From: Octopus vulgaris
Taxonomy: Eukaryota
DNA length: 64,000 nt
NCBI GenBank assembly: GCA_951406725.2
Contig: OX597815.1
Span: 69,564,001 to 69,628,000 of the forward strand
Direction: 5' to 3'
Below the pieces are notes generated by a model. That model was not told the DNA's origin, did no database searches, and was given only the letters and a program-made list of their open reading frames with translations. Below are positions 43,240 to 56,664 of this stretch, one piece after another. Made by a program: the position numbers and the translations under genes. How positions within the stretch are numbered: the stretch's first letter is position 1; every line of letters begins with the position of its first letter.

Positions 43240-43674
43240 TTTAAGGGAGGACATTTGGCGAAAGCGACCAGATCTCTGGAGCGCAAAAAATTGGATTCTT
43301 CACGACGACAATGCACCCTATCATCAATCTCTTCTCACTCATGAGTTTCTCGCTAAAACATGGTATCGCTTCCACAATCGCCTGATTTTGCACCTGTAGA
43401 CTTCCATCTCTTCCCCAAGATGAAAATGCAACTCTAAGGTCGCTGTTTCAACACCCTTGTTGAGATCTGGAGCGAATCGCAAAAGCTTTCCAACTCGCTT
43501 ACGGAAAACGACTTCCGGGTCGGATTCTCAAAGTGGCAGGAACGCTGGGGCCTGGTGCGCAATACACCAGGAGATGATGTTAAAACTTAGATGGGAGATG
43601 ATGTTAAAACTTAGGCAAAAAAGTTTTTTTTTATTAAACATAACTAGTCCAAGAACGTTTTGATACCACCTCGT
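43240..43674 (+). mobile_element. Mariner 3' remnant
   Basis: RKRPDLW...WILHDDNAP, SPDFAPVDFHLFPKMK, KWQERW; TIR end ...ACCACCTCGTA. Confidence 0.85.
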
Positions 43675-43761
43675 ATGTCCATACTACAGGGTGTCCACAC
43701 TGCAGGCCGTACTATTCAATACCGTACGTCGGAGTGTACACAATATGGTCTTTAGTTAGGC

Positions 43762-44720
43762 CTGTGGTTTTTAGCCATTTTTACCTATAGACCCCTTTGT
43801 TCACTATTTTATTCTAGTGTACGCCTCACCCCCCATTGCCATTCGATGTTCAATAAGCAATGCTTTAAATATGGACTAAACAGAACGGGAAGAAACACGT
43901 GGATAGAAGAGTCACTGAAAGATTTCTGGAGAATGGACATAAGGTAAAATAAGAACAAAAATAAACGAGTAAAGAACGAATATATAATGCGTGTGCTTAT
44001 TTGGTAAAAGATGATCGTCCCGAAATATAGTTTTATAAATACTTCTTCCGAAATTCATATTTTGCTATTCATTCATTCACTTGTATTGGTTGAACTATGT
44101 AAATTGTTAGGGAAAGCAGAAACAGCTGCTTCTTGTAATACATACATTTAAATCAAAAACTTTTCATAGACTCTTAAAATAACACTGTTGGGATCTTTGC
44201 TGTTTGGCTGCCAATTTTCAATCTCTTCAATTCCTGCTCGAATTGACTCCATATTCAGTGTAATGATATGGTTTTATATGCTAATCACTACTTCGAAATT
44301 CATTTTTGCAATAAATAAAAAAATAAAGAGTTATTAGCTTTTAAAGTTTGAAAATTTTGTGTAATTTTAGTCACAGACACATTCACACATGTTTCCATAG
44401 TAACAAGCCAAGCACGAGAACTCTTTTGTCTACAAGAAAACACGTGTTGACAAATTGAAGTGATCGTCAGATGTTCTAAAAATAACAGCCAAATAGGCTT
44501 TAAATCACGTACCAAAAAAAGTCTTTTGTCTTATTTTTGGAAAATCGTATAAATTCTCATATGTAGAATGCAAACACGCAAATTTTCGAAAATGGGCAGG
44601 CAAACTGAAAATACCCCACAGTGGATCACCAATTTACTATCTTGTTAGCATGGACCCCCACCCCTACGAAATATTATATGGATCCCTAGGGGTCATGTGG
44701 ATCCCGGTTGAGAACCACTG
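43762..44720. mobile_element. Non-autonomous hAT element
   Basis: Ends CTGTGGTTTTTAGCC and GGTTGAGAACCACTG; degenerate 8-bp TSD AGTTAGGC/AGCCAGAC; homologous to 46023-46341. Confidence 0.7.
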
Positions 44721-45389
44721 AGCCAGACAAAATCTTAGTATAACTGAGAAAATGGATCTCTGAGTCCCACGTCCTTCGGTTCTCTAGCTGCATTCCATAG
44801 GACAGCCAGACGAGGACAGGAGTAGATTTAACATAGCAATGACAAGGTCTCCCCTTCACTAGCTCTCACTTTCTTACTCTCTCTCTCTCTCTTTTTCTCT
44901 CTCTGTCTTTTCTCTCTGTCTTTTCTCTCTCGCACTCACTCTCTCTCACACTCACACATACAAACACAGGACATGTCTCACTCCTATCTGCGTACCTACC
45001 TTTTCCTCACTATCTCTCACACTCTTGCTGTTTCTTTCCCCTTTCACTCTCGTTACTCCCCAGCCCTATTTATTTCTTCTTTTTTTTTACTTCACTTGTT
45101 ATAAACAATAAAGATATGATTTATTTATTCAGGGGTTAAGTAAATCTCCTGTGTTTGGGGACAGTAGGTCACTCAGGGGTCACGTTGAAAAAACGTCTCA
45201 AGACTTTGACGTAGCTGTTAGTGGGGAAAGGGAGGAAGGGGAGTCTGTGAGTGGTGATTGAACAACTACTACTGTAATGGTAGCGGTGATGGTGGTAGTG
45301 GAGGTGATGGTGGCTGTGGTGGTGCTAATGGTAGTGGTGGTGGAACAGGGCTAAACGGCAACAACAACAGCTGTCGACGTGGTGATGGG

Positions 45390-45429
<40 letters not shown>

Positions 45430-45492
45430 CTATGGTGTTGGTGGTTGTGGTGGTGGTGACGGTTCTTGAACTATTGCTAAGCAGCACCTGAA

Positions 45493-45530
<38 letters not shown>

Positions 45531-46022
45531 TTTAGTAGTAGTAGTAGTAGTAGTAGTTGTAGTAGTAGTAGTAGTAGTGATGGTGGTGGTGGTATTATTA
45601 TTATTATTATTATTATTAGTAGTAGTAGTAGTAGTAGTAGCAGCAGCAGCAGCAGTAGCAGCAGCAGTAGCAGCAGCAGCAGAGGCAGCGGTCATAGTCG
45701 TTTAGCTTCAGCTCGGCCCTGATCGAATAGAATAAATCGTCAAAATCGTTCTAGGCATGACTGCCTCGCTTTGTTTTTGATAAGCATTCCCGGACGAGCA
45801 CATAGTTGTATCTAGAACATTATCCTTCATTTAGTTAACAAATTTTTAAGGAGTTAGAGAATTATTTAGCAGGTGGCTTTACAGACATTGAACACTATAG
45901 TCCTTGATACACTATTCCAAACAGAAAAAAAAACGAAGCAGTTATAGTTTCAATGTGTTTGTACATAAGCTTGCTTGATCAGTGCTGTCTCAAGGCTAAA
46001 CAATAGCAGCAACGTGATAGAG

Positions 46023-46341
46023 CAGGGGTTCTCAACCATTTTTTAATATATGGACCCCTTTGATTGCTATTTTATTCCAGTGGACCCCATAGTCATTTGA
46101 TAATTAAATACTAGTTTTATAGAAACTTCTTTCAAAATTCTTAATTTGTTTTTCACTCATGAACTTGTGTAGGTTGAAACTATGTAAAATACTAGAGAAA
46201 GAAACCTAGCTGATTCTTGCAATACATACATATAAAACAAAATGTTTCCAGGAGTCCTTGAAATACTTTTGTAGATCCCCTGTTTACTGTTTTGTTTTAT
46301 GGATCCCCAGGGATCATATGAAGCCCAGTTGAGAACCACTG
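46023..46341. mobile_element. hAT MITE
   Basis: CAGGGGTTCTCAAC...GTTGAGAACCACTG; 8-bp TSD TGATAGAG/AAATAGAG; GGACCCC subterminal motifs. Confidence 0.85.
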
Positions 46342-46432
46342 AAATAGAGGTGCAGCCGTTTTGGCATCGTTTATTTGGCATCACTGATTCGATGTTGACT
46401 TCTTTGGTATCAGCCATTTTAGTAATTCTTTT

Positions 46433-46475
<43 letters not shown>

Positions 46476-46805
46476 ATCTATGGGAGCATATTTCTCATTA
46501 TGCGTAAGAGAAGAGGGAGAGTTTATGCAAATCATATTCAGTTAATAGACTGTAAATGTATCTCTCCCTTTCTCTTGCGGTCTGTCTGTCTCTCTCTTTC
46601 TTGCTGTCTCTCCCTTCCTCTCTTCCCCCTCTCTATGTTTCTCTCCCTCCCTTTCTCTCTTTCTCTTTCTTTTTTCTCTGTCTCTGTCTATTTCTCTCTC
46701 TCTCTCTCTCTCTCTCGGTTTACATGTGTGAGCATAATTCTCTTTATATAGATGGAGAGAGGTAAAGTGTTTACGTCAATCGTGTTCAATTAATAAATTG
46801 TAAGT

Positions 46806-47145
46806 ATGCCGGGTAAAAAGCTTACCAGCATTTCATCCGTTTTTAGGTTCTAAGTTCAAATTCCGCCGAGGTTGACTTTGCCTTTCGTCCTGTCGGACTC
46901 GATAAAATAAGTACCAGTTGAGTACTGGGACCGATGTAATCAACTTATACTTACCCCAAAATTACTGACCTTGTACCTTACCAGCATTTCATCCGTTTTT
47001 AGGTTCTAAGTTCAAATTCCGCCGAGGTTGACTTTGCCTTTCGTCCTTTCGGACTCGATAAAATAAGTACCAGTTGAGTACTGGGACCGATGTAATCAAC
47101 TTATACTTACCCCAAAATTACTGACCTTGTACCAAAATTTAAAAC
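46806..47145 (+). mobile_element. MetaSINE-like SINE with an internal 156-bp tandem duplication
   Basis: 46821-46976 and 46977-47132 differ at one base; core GACTTTGCCTTTCGTCCT...GATAAAATAAGTACCAG. Confidence 0.85.
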
Positions 47146-47495
47146 TAATTAACACATCGTAATCGCTCTCTCCCACCTCTCTCTCCCACCTCTCTCTTCC
47201 ACTCCCTCTCCTTCTCTCTCAACTCCTCTTTTCCTCATTATTTCTATCTAAATGTTTATACATCTGCACGTGTGTGCGCATGTATATCTGTGTGTCTGCT
47301 CCCATCGCCTGAATGTATTTTCACTGGAAACAGTCTGTATGTCCAATCAGCTGTACCAAATCGTCTGCGTCCAAACAGCTGCGCCAGATCGTCTCATTCA
47401 GGTATAGTCAGGGTTGTGTTAGAGTTAAACAACAGCAACATGTGACAGAAGGACTAAGATCATTGTAAAGGAGGTGGCACTAGCCTCTTTCTCTC

Positions 47496-47558
<63 letters not shown>

Positions 47559-48110
47559 CTCTCTCATTGATGTTGCTGCCCATCAATAACTGCCCCACCT
47601 TTACGGCATCCTGACATCAATGACCAGGAACCTGATTAAAACAATATTTTATCTGCCAGTCAAATGTATAATGCCCACTCATAGCTGTATCTGCAGTATT
47701 CTCTTTGATTTAGGCTATCCAAAAGTCTGCTGTAGACGAATCTACTACCGTTCATTACACGATGTGTTGTATAACTTTCTTAACAAACATATTTCGTCGC
47801 CCACGTCTCTTCCTTATCTCTTCCCTTCTCTCTCAATCCACTCACTAACACCACCACTCCCTCCCCCTCCTCCTCTTTTCCTTCTTCCTCTCATCTTTTA
47901 CACTCCTCTTTCTTCACTTTCTTTTACAAGCTAAACTGTCTAATTGACTGTCACAAGTCAAGTGTGTAGTGACCTGCAAGATATTTGACTCTGCGTCTAT
48001 TGTTTCTTAGTATTAATGAAGTTATTTCATTGTTAAGCAATATTTACTGACAATTTGGCTTTTCTTTCTTTAAACTCCGATCTTATAAACTGCATTAAAA
48101 TTATTACACT

Positions 48111-49692
48111 TTATTATTATTATTATTATTATTATTCTATGTTTGACTTTTGCTTTACATTTGCACAAGCTGGCTCCAAGTCTCACCCAGAGACCTCAAG
48201 AGACAACAAGTTGGAGGTTCATGTTAGTGTTATGCCTAGGGTGCCATATATTTGGTTTTGTACTTAGTGTTGCACTAGTGAATGCCTAAAAAATTATATG
48301 AAAATTATGTTTGTTTTAAAACTTGAGATTACATAGAAAGTATTTTGCGTAGGATATGAGCAGTTCCCACGAGCACTATCGTTTGAATTTCTGCCATTTT
48401 GGGGTTTCCTGGTATCTGAGTTAGGTAGCAGTCAGCCCCTTTTGCTATCATTCCCAGGGCAACTATGACAACAGGTATTGTTTTAGTCTTCAGGTTCCAC
48501 GTTTTGCTGATTTCTATTTCCAGATCTTTATATTTGCTCAGCTTCTGGTAGGTCTTGACAGATACGTTTATATCGATTGGGACAATCATATCAATGTAGA
48601 GGCATGTTTTTCGTCTGAAGTCTTTTACTATGATGTTTGGCCTATTCGCGTCTATCTTTCTGTCAGTTTGAATGGGGAAGTTCCAGAGGAGTGAGATGTG
48701 GTCATTTTCAAGCACTGGAGGTGGTTTCTGTCCCCACCAGTTTTTATCATGGGGCAAGTCCAGGCTTTTACAAATTACCCAGTGAATATATTGTGTAGAT
48801 CTATCATGCCTGTTGAGATACTCTGCAGTCGCAAGAAGACTGCACATAGAGACAATATGATCAATGGTTTCATTTTGTTGGGCTACTGCCGTTCTTTAAT
48901 ATGTTGGCCTGGTAGTTCCTTGTAGGTAGGTATTGATCTTGAGCTGCTATGATAAACCCTTCTGTTTCAGATTTTAAGCCAGAGGCCATTAGCCATTAAT
49001 GGGTCAGGGCTTTGTCAACATCTGCATTATTCACTCGCTTTGGGTATTTGCCATTGAGAGGTTTTTCTTGCCATTTGTCATTCAGAATATCTAAGGCAGC
49101 AGTTTTAGCACGGATTTTCATGCGCTTAGCTTTTTCTGTGCTTGTTTCTTGTGTGTCTAATTCCGAAATTTGTTGTATTCGGAATTCACTTAGATATTCC
49201 TATGCCTGTTTTGTTACTGAGTATGACGCTTTCTTGTTTTCATGTTTTGAGACAAGTTTTAACATCCAGTCCTCAGAGTTTTTCAGGTAGGCGTCTTGGC
49301 CAATTGTAGCAATCTTCATTGTTATTGCCAGTTGTAAAAGTCCACGGTTTCCCTCTTTTCTTGGCAGATAAAGTTGTTCTAGATCGGCCTTAGGGTGGTG
49401 TATTCTATGCATTGTCAACAGTTTTCGTATTTTTCTGTCAAGATTACATATTTCAGTAATTGACCAGTTAACAGTTAACGATATTGAAACTGTAAGTCAC
49501 GACTGGTATGGATAACGCATTGATCGCTTCGATCCTGTTTCTCGCATTCAGCTCTGTCTTGAGTATTGCTCTTACTCTGCGATAACATTCTCTCCTGATC
49601 CTTTCCTTCATCTCTGAATGCCTTATTCCATCCCCTTCAATTACCCCTAGGTACTTGTAGCTCTCCGCTGGGTCTAACTCTTTTATGACATT
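48111..49692 (-). mobile_element. R4/Dong LINE 3' portion with (TAA)n tail
   Basis: YKYLG, HHPKADLEQLYLPRKEG, YLNRHD, NRPNIIVKD...IDM.VP, KLSKYKDL; (TAA)n on the minus strand at 48111-48136. Confidence 0.92.
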
Positions 49693-50880
49693 CGTGCTGC
49701 ACCTCTCAGTCAGGGATGCAAGAGTTCTGCGAAATGCCAATAACATCCGAAGACATACGGGACGTGATGACGAACTGCACAAGAGAGAAGTCTCCGGAGC
49801 TTTATTTTCATATGCCAGACTTGTTCGGTGGTATCTTGGCAAATGTCTACCACAGCTGGCAGCAGAACAGGAGAATTCCTAGTGCTGTGAGCTGTGGAGT
49901 GGTGGTGCTGTTGAGGAAGGACCCAAACAAGGGGGACAGAATCGATAATTTTAGGCCTATAACTCTGCTGAATGCAGATTATAAGATTTTGGCTAAGGTG
50001 TTTGCCAAGAGGTGGGCGCTCGTCATCGATAAGTTGGTTGGGGGCGCGCAGACATGCGCTATCCCAAATATAATTATCCACAACCTCCACCTCACGCGTT
50101 ACATCATAGAAAATGTGGGTAAGGAGCCTGATATGGGTGGAACCCTGATCAATTTGGATCAATCGAACGAATTTAATAGGGTCGATCACCAATACCAGAA
50201 GGCTGTTCTCGCGGCAGCGGGTTTCGGTACCGTTTTAAGAGGCCGGATCGCTGCAATGTACAGCGACATCAGCTGGGTGGCCAAAGTAAATGTCCACCAA
50301 TCGGAATCGTTTAGCATCGCTTGTTCAGTCTGTCAAGGATGCCCATTCTCGCTTCTTCCGTAGGTATTGGCTCTCGAGCCATTACGTCGGAAGCTGGACG
50401 TTTCAAGGGGCATACCACGTGATCTAGGATGCGGTAGTTTCGTGTCGGCTTACGCATCACCATAATAGTGTCGGACATCTCGGAAATCGAGGTGGCTGAC
50501 ACTGCTCTAAGGGAGTACGAAGAGGTGACAAGAGCAAAGATCACCCAGGAGAAGTCGGTGGGCCTGCAGCTCGGCATCTGGAGAGGCAGGACCACACCAA
50601 CCAAACAGCGTTGTAGGGCGCTGGACGGAAGGACTGGTTAAATTGCTCGGCGTCTGGTTTGATCCAGACCTCCAGGTGGACAAGAACTGAGGAGAGGTGA
50701 TGAGCAGAGTAGTCAATCCCACCCAGAAATGGGCAGAGAGGAAGCTGTCCTTGGGCAAGCGGAGGTGACGAATGCGTACATCGCTTCCGTCATCTACTAC
50801 CGCCTGGCCGTCGTCCCTTACTCCAATTCGTGCCTGATAAAGATGGAGCACTTGCTCTTCCACTTTCTATGGAAGGGGCG
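49693..50880 (+). mobile_element. Tx1/L1-clade LINE internal RT fragment
   Basis: NFRPITLLNADYKILAK, LDQSNEFNRVDH, SVCQGCPFS, LLGVWF, FHFLWKG. Confidence 0.88.
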
Positions 50881-51889
50881 TCTGTGTCGTTTTTGGGGTG
50901 GAGTGACCTATATCTAGTTGGCAACTTCCTTGTCTTTCTGTCTAAGCTGTTTAGCTCGTCTAATGTCCATGCGATTACCCCTGCTCCATATCTAAGGAGT
51001 GAAGCCACCCAGGTGTTGATAGCTTCGATCTTATTCCGTCCGTTTAATTTCGACTTAAGGATCAGTCTCAGCCTGCGCAAGTACTCCACCTTAAATTTTT
51101 CTGTCATTTCTCTCTCAATTAATTTATCGATTTCCAAAATTCGCAAGTACTTATAGCCTATTTCTTTTATCTGCTTCATAACCTCCCCCGACGGTATCGA
51201 TAGCCCGTCCATGCATTTGACTAACGCACCACACTTTCTCAGTCCGAACCCCATTCTGAAAGCACTGAAAGTATACATCGTATCAACGAGGAAACTGACT
51301 TGGGATTCATCTTTACCATAAAGTTTGAGATCATCCATGAATAACAAATGGTTGACTTTTTGTTGGCGGCTTTTGAATGCATACCCAGCTTTTGCTTTCT
51401 TCAGTATCAGTGTTAGTGGTATCAAGAACAGTACAAAGATCAGTGGAGACACGCAGTCCCCTTGGAAGTTGCTCCTCCTGATTTCTACTGTCCCTAAACT
51501 TCTTCCGTATGCTGTTAGGTCCGTCCTCCAATTCGCCATACTTTTTCCAAGCAATCGCTCAACATTCGATGCAATACTAAATAGGTTCATACATTCCATT
51601 ATCCAAGAGTGTGAGATCATGTCGTAAGCCTTACGATAGTCGTTCCATAACATGGCTAAATTACTTTTCCTCCTCTTGCAGTCTCTAAATACAGTTTTGT
51701 CTATCAAGAGTTGATCCTTGATACCTCTGCACTTACGCTTGCAACCCTTCTGCTCATGTGACAGGACTCCATTTTTTCTAGATTTTCGTACATTGACTCT
51801 GCGAGTGGTCCAGTCAATAATTTCCACATAAGTGGCGGACAGGATATCAGCCAGTAATTGTCTACCGTATTGCCTTTTTCGATGTTTAT
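50881..51889 (-). mobile_element. Second R4/Dong-family RT fragment
   Basis: EQKGC...[41 protein letters not shown]; its 5' side abuts (TAA/CAA)n. Confidence 0.92.
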
Positions 51890-51938
51890 TTTATTATTAT
51901 TGTTGTTGTTGTTGCTGTTGTTGTTGTTGTTGTTGTTA

Positions 51939-52006
<68 letters not shown>

Positions 52007-52848
52007 GACCAATGCCAATACTATAGTGTAACATGGCATACACCACATATGCTAGTATTTTTTTTTTACATATTTGATACCTTAAACAAATAAAAGAGAG
52101 GGATGTAGTAGAAAGAGTTACGAGGGGTATTAGGAGAAGTGAGTTAGGGAAAGTACAGCTCAGTATAAATAAGATGATAGGTGAGTACCGTGGAGAATAG
52201 TGCAGTATTTGTTCATAGACAGCGCTCTTATGGACGTACCGTTTTCACCAATACAATACTATTGTAGGTAGATGAAAATCGTCCCAGCTGCAGCTATCGA
52301 GACCTTCAGCTGTATTCCGGCCTCGTTGGGCCATGGAAATGGAATGTAGTCAGAGCCAACCACATGTTTTGACGAGATTCATTGCCGCCGATATATAGGA
52401 AAGTTGTGAAAAACATTTACAGGTATTGTAAAAACTAGTGAAAGGCAAATTTACTGCTGTGTCCATCCAGAGATAACATATCTTATCCACGTAAAATTAT
52501 CCTTTAATGCTGTATTTATATTAAGTATGAAACATAAATGACTGTTTTAATTATCTATTCCTCATTTTGCATACAACGGATTTTTATTCAGTCAGGCGAC
52601 TATTGGCAATCCCAATAAATATTTTTCTACAGTTTTCCTGTATATCGGAGGCGCTGGATCTAATCTAGGCATGTGGCTGGCTATGGGTATACACTATTGA
52701 CAAGACTCATGTATGTTAAACGCCTCCTGTGTTTTCGCTCGCCGCTGGTGGGATAATTTTCGATATATATTGTATTTTTAAACACAGCACATGTATAAGA
52801 GATGGACGAATACCCCAGAAAGTTTGTATTTGTATATATATATAAATG

Positions 52849-52908
<60 letters not shown>

Positions 52909-54329
52909 CGCATATATACATGTAGAGAGATAGAGAGGTGGAGATTTCGTGCACGTACAAACATACATCCACACACATTTCTAAAGCAGACAAATAAGCT
53001 GTATCACCACCAACACCAATACTATTTTAGCAATATACTCAATGAGCCAATGAGCGAACCTCTATGGGGTTACTTAATTTGCAAGACATAGATGCTGAAT
53101 CTCCCTCAAATCAGACCTTACAGTCTTACAAAGGACATATTATAGTGTCCGATATGGCAAAATAAATGAATAAGTAAAACAAGGTAATCATGGCTGGACT
53201 AACTTTGATCGATCAGACTACCTCTGCTCAGTCAAAGCTGACCTAGAGCTAAGCACACTTGATCCAACATCCAGGATCCCATAGCAGGAAGGAGAAAGGG
53301 CTATACCAGTACTCAGCTTTTACTCATTTTCAGCTGAGTAGAATGGAACAATGTGAAATGAATTGCCTTGCTTAAGGACACAATGCACCGCCCGGTCCAA
53401 GAATCGAACCAGCAGTCTTATGATCACGAGTCCATGAGCCCTCGTTGGATTGAACACTACAACACAAAACTACCAGAATGAGAGTCTTACAGCACGACCA
53501 AACATGAGACTTTCCTTGATGACATCTTTCCATTACATGAGTTACTAAATTTAAGCTTCTTTTTTTCCAGTATTTTCTACAACGGAATTTTCTCTCTGTT
53601 CGTCATTTAAATTTCTTTATTTATTTATTCATTCATTTCTTTTCTTCTGTTTTTTTATGATATTTACTAGGCTTTTGTATTTCTTTCCCTTTTCCTATCT
53701 ATAATTTCATTCCGATATTTTCTTTATTCACAAAAACAGAAGTAAATAGATTCAGTGTTATAAAAAAATTACTAATAGTTGTATATAGTAATTGAGTAAC
53801 ACATTTTTTAAAAAAGGAATTGCTATGTTTATATATAGAGAGATCTAAAAATCTGAAGTAGCTAGAAAGAGCATAAGAAGTACTTTAATAGAGTACATTC
53901 TTACATTCTTGATTTAAATATTATATATATATTCTATAAAAAAATAAATACTGATTCGTCGCTTCTGTCTGGTGTCTCTGAATTGGAGTAGTTTCTTAAA
54001 GTGTCTACGTTGTGCTGTTAGTGAAAATAGTTCCACTGCGATAAAGTGTTTAGATTTCCATAGCAATGAAGTGATTATATTGGCTTGTGAGATTAATTCA
54101 TTCGTTTCTCAACCCTCAATAATTTCAGTCCTGTCCAGTGTTATTTGAATTAACACGAAAAATATTTTTATTGTTGTGCTTTAGATTTTTTTGTAGCACT
54201 ATTCTTTTTCTGCAATTGCTGATTATCGTTTTTGAAGTTTGAATAAATTTTACCTCTCTTCAATCATATGATGAAATGCAAAGTATAAAAAAAAAACAAA
54301 AAAAAAAACAGAACAAATTTATCTGATAA

Positions 54330-54543
54330 TACAGTTCTATATTTAAGAGATGAGGAATTATGTACATTATCTACATTGTCCTCATCTTGTTTGTTGTTAG
54401 CACGTTTCAGCTGATATACCCTCCGCCTTCATCAGGTGTCTTGGGGAAATTTCGAACTGGGGTTCTCATTCCTAAGGTATTTTTCGATTTTATAAGTGTT
54501 ATTATTATTATTATTCGTATTATTATTATTATTATTATTATCA

Positions 54544-54592
<49 letters not shown>

Positions 54593-54832
54593 CTTAACCA
54601 CTACGCCATATACCCACGGGCATATGGCGTAGTGGTTCTAGGCAGTGACCTGAATAATAATAATAACAACAACAACAACAATATCGAAAAATACCTTAGG
54701 AATGAGAACCCAGGTTCGAAATTTCCCCAAGACACTTCAAGAAAGCTGTAGGGTATATCAGCCGAAACGTTGTGTTAACAACAAGCAAGATGAGGACAAA
54801 TATCCGTCAAATGTAAATAATGTAAATAATAT
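54330..54832. mobile_element. Palindromic non-autonomous element: central tRNA-like A-box hairpin, (AAT)n spacers and two HHR-bearing arms
   Basis: 54361-54488 is inverted relative to 54683-54830; central hairpin 54596-54637; flanking direct repeat AAATTTATCTGA(T/C)AA at 54315-54329 and 54833-54847. Confidence 0.8.
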
Positions 54833-55099
54833 AAATTTATCTGACAACTTAATATATGAGTTCTAAGGGAAATATGACAATACAGAATAGAGTGCGATAA
54901 AAAATGGAAACAAGATACCTTTTTATTGGGTCAGTTCAACCAATCCAGCAAATTTGAAAATGCATTTAAAACAATTTCTTCTATTTTCTTTCTAGATTCT
55001 ATTACTGTCCCCTTACAAAATTTTAGTCTCCTTTCAAGTTTATATATACATGAGACACCTCCTCTCTTCTTAACTCACCCCAGGGAATCACGTTCCTTC

Positions 55100-55525
55100 C
55101 TGGTTTCTAACTCTTCGGCCGAATTTTTCTCATTGGCTACTTCTCTTTCTCACTCACTATGCTTTTCTCTTACTTTTGATGAGGAACTAACATCCGAAAC
55201 GTTGTGACTCTTTCTCCTATAAAAGCGTCAAAGTAATATCGTATTTGTTAAAACTTGTCCTTCATGCGTTGCCTTTTTACTGTTCACTGCATTTACACCA
55301 CATACACACACACTCACACACACAAAGTTATATAATAATAATTATAATAAATATATAAATATATATAAACTTAGAATCTTCGGTGAAACGCGAAGTAGAT
55401 AAAGCTATAAATAACTGCGTGTAGAATAATGGGAGAGACAATGTTTAACAAATACGGCATTTGCATGACGTTTCAATGAAAAGAGAGACATAACGTTTTG
55501 GAGTTAGTCCTTTATCAGAAAAAGT
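55100..55525. mobile_element. Convergent pair of related pLTR-like ends with decayed HHR motifs
   Basis: Plus strand TTGATGA GGA actaaca TCC GAAAC GTT at ~55176; minus strand CTGATAA AGGA ctaac TCC AAAAC GTT at ~55490-55518; both followed by CGTCA...CGTATTTGTTAAA. Confidence 0.6.
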
Positions 55526-55633
55526 ACAAGAAGTTTAGTACTTTTTGTACTTAAGTTTTGTTAATCAATTTTCTACATCTTACTATTTAAAACTTTAAAA
55601 AACAACTTTTAAAAATAATTTACTTCATATATA

Positions 55634-55721
<88 letters not shown>

Positions 55722-55888
55722 TGTGTGTGTAAATATATACAGATATATGTATGTATAATACACACACACATATGCATACATACATACATACATACATATA
55801 TGCATGTATGTATATATACATACATACTTACATACATACACACATACATACATATATATATATACATATATATATACATATACATATA

Positions 55889-56654
55889 TACGAGGGGGTA
55901 TATACATACATACGAGGGGGTAAGAAACCGGAATTTTACAATATTATTTTATTCACTTAGTTTTACATGTTTACACTTTTATCGACTTGAAAATATTCTC
56001 CATTTGAAGTAACGCATCGGTCCATCGATGCTTTTTAATACCTCCGTAGTTTTTTTTTCTTCACCTCTTCCACTCCTGCAAAACGTTTTCCTTTAAGTGC
56101 TTTTTTCATTCAGGGGAACGAAAAATGCCATTGGGAGCAAGATCGAGTGAATTGGGAGGTTGGGCAAGCGGAGTCATACCATTTTTCGTCAAAATCAGTC
56201 TCGCACTCAAGGCGCATTGCCGTAACGAAACCACTACTCTGTTTTTTGTGATGTTTTCATTCGTTCGGGAGTTCGACAGTGGCCCTGAATGAGTTGGTCT
56301 TCCAAGTGACTTTTTCCTAAAACGTGAAAACTACTCGCAAACTTGTGTTCTGCTCATGGCAGCGTCTTTGCAAGCTGTTTGAAGTATGGCAACTGTTTCG
56401 ACCACAGTTTTCTCCAGCAGAAAATAGAATTTCACGGAAGCATGCTCTATCTTCGTTCCAGCCACCCGACAATGGACGAACAGGGAAGAAGCACTGAAAA
56501 ACAAATACGTACCATGTAGCAGTAAACATGACGACGCCGGTCGACAGACTGATGCCTGAGGGTCGCATCAAGTGGCTTCTAACGGCAGAAGCCTGAACTA
56601 CAATGGGCAAGTCCTACAAAGAACGTTTCCGGTTACTTTTGGGTACCCCTCGTA
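55889..56654 (-). mobile_element. Degraded mariner with TIR remnants
   Basis: TACGAGGGG...AACCGGAA inverted at both ends; frameshifted HTH region (RACF, EILF, TQVCE) and HDSA...SLDLAP remnants. Confidence 0.7.
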
Positions 56655-56664
56655 TATATATATA

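Noticed and set aside
44730-45215. Possible solo LTR (pyrimidine tract and AATAAA)
   Set aside because: No TG...CA termini, TSD or second copy could be identified.
52240-52470. Possible decayed GIY-YIG fragment on the minus strand (FLYIGG)
   Set aside because: Only one short motif; other catalytic residues are not recoverable.
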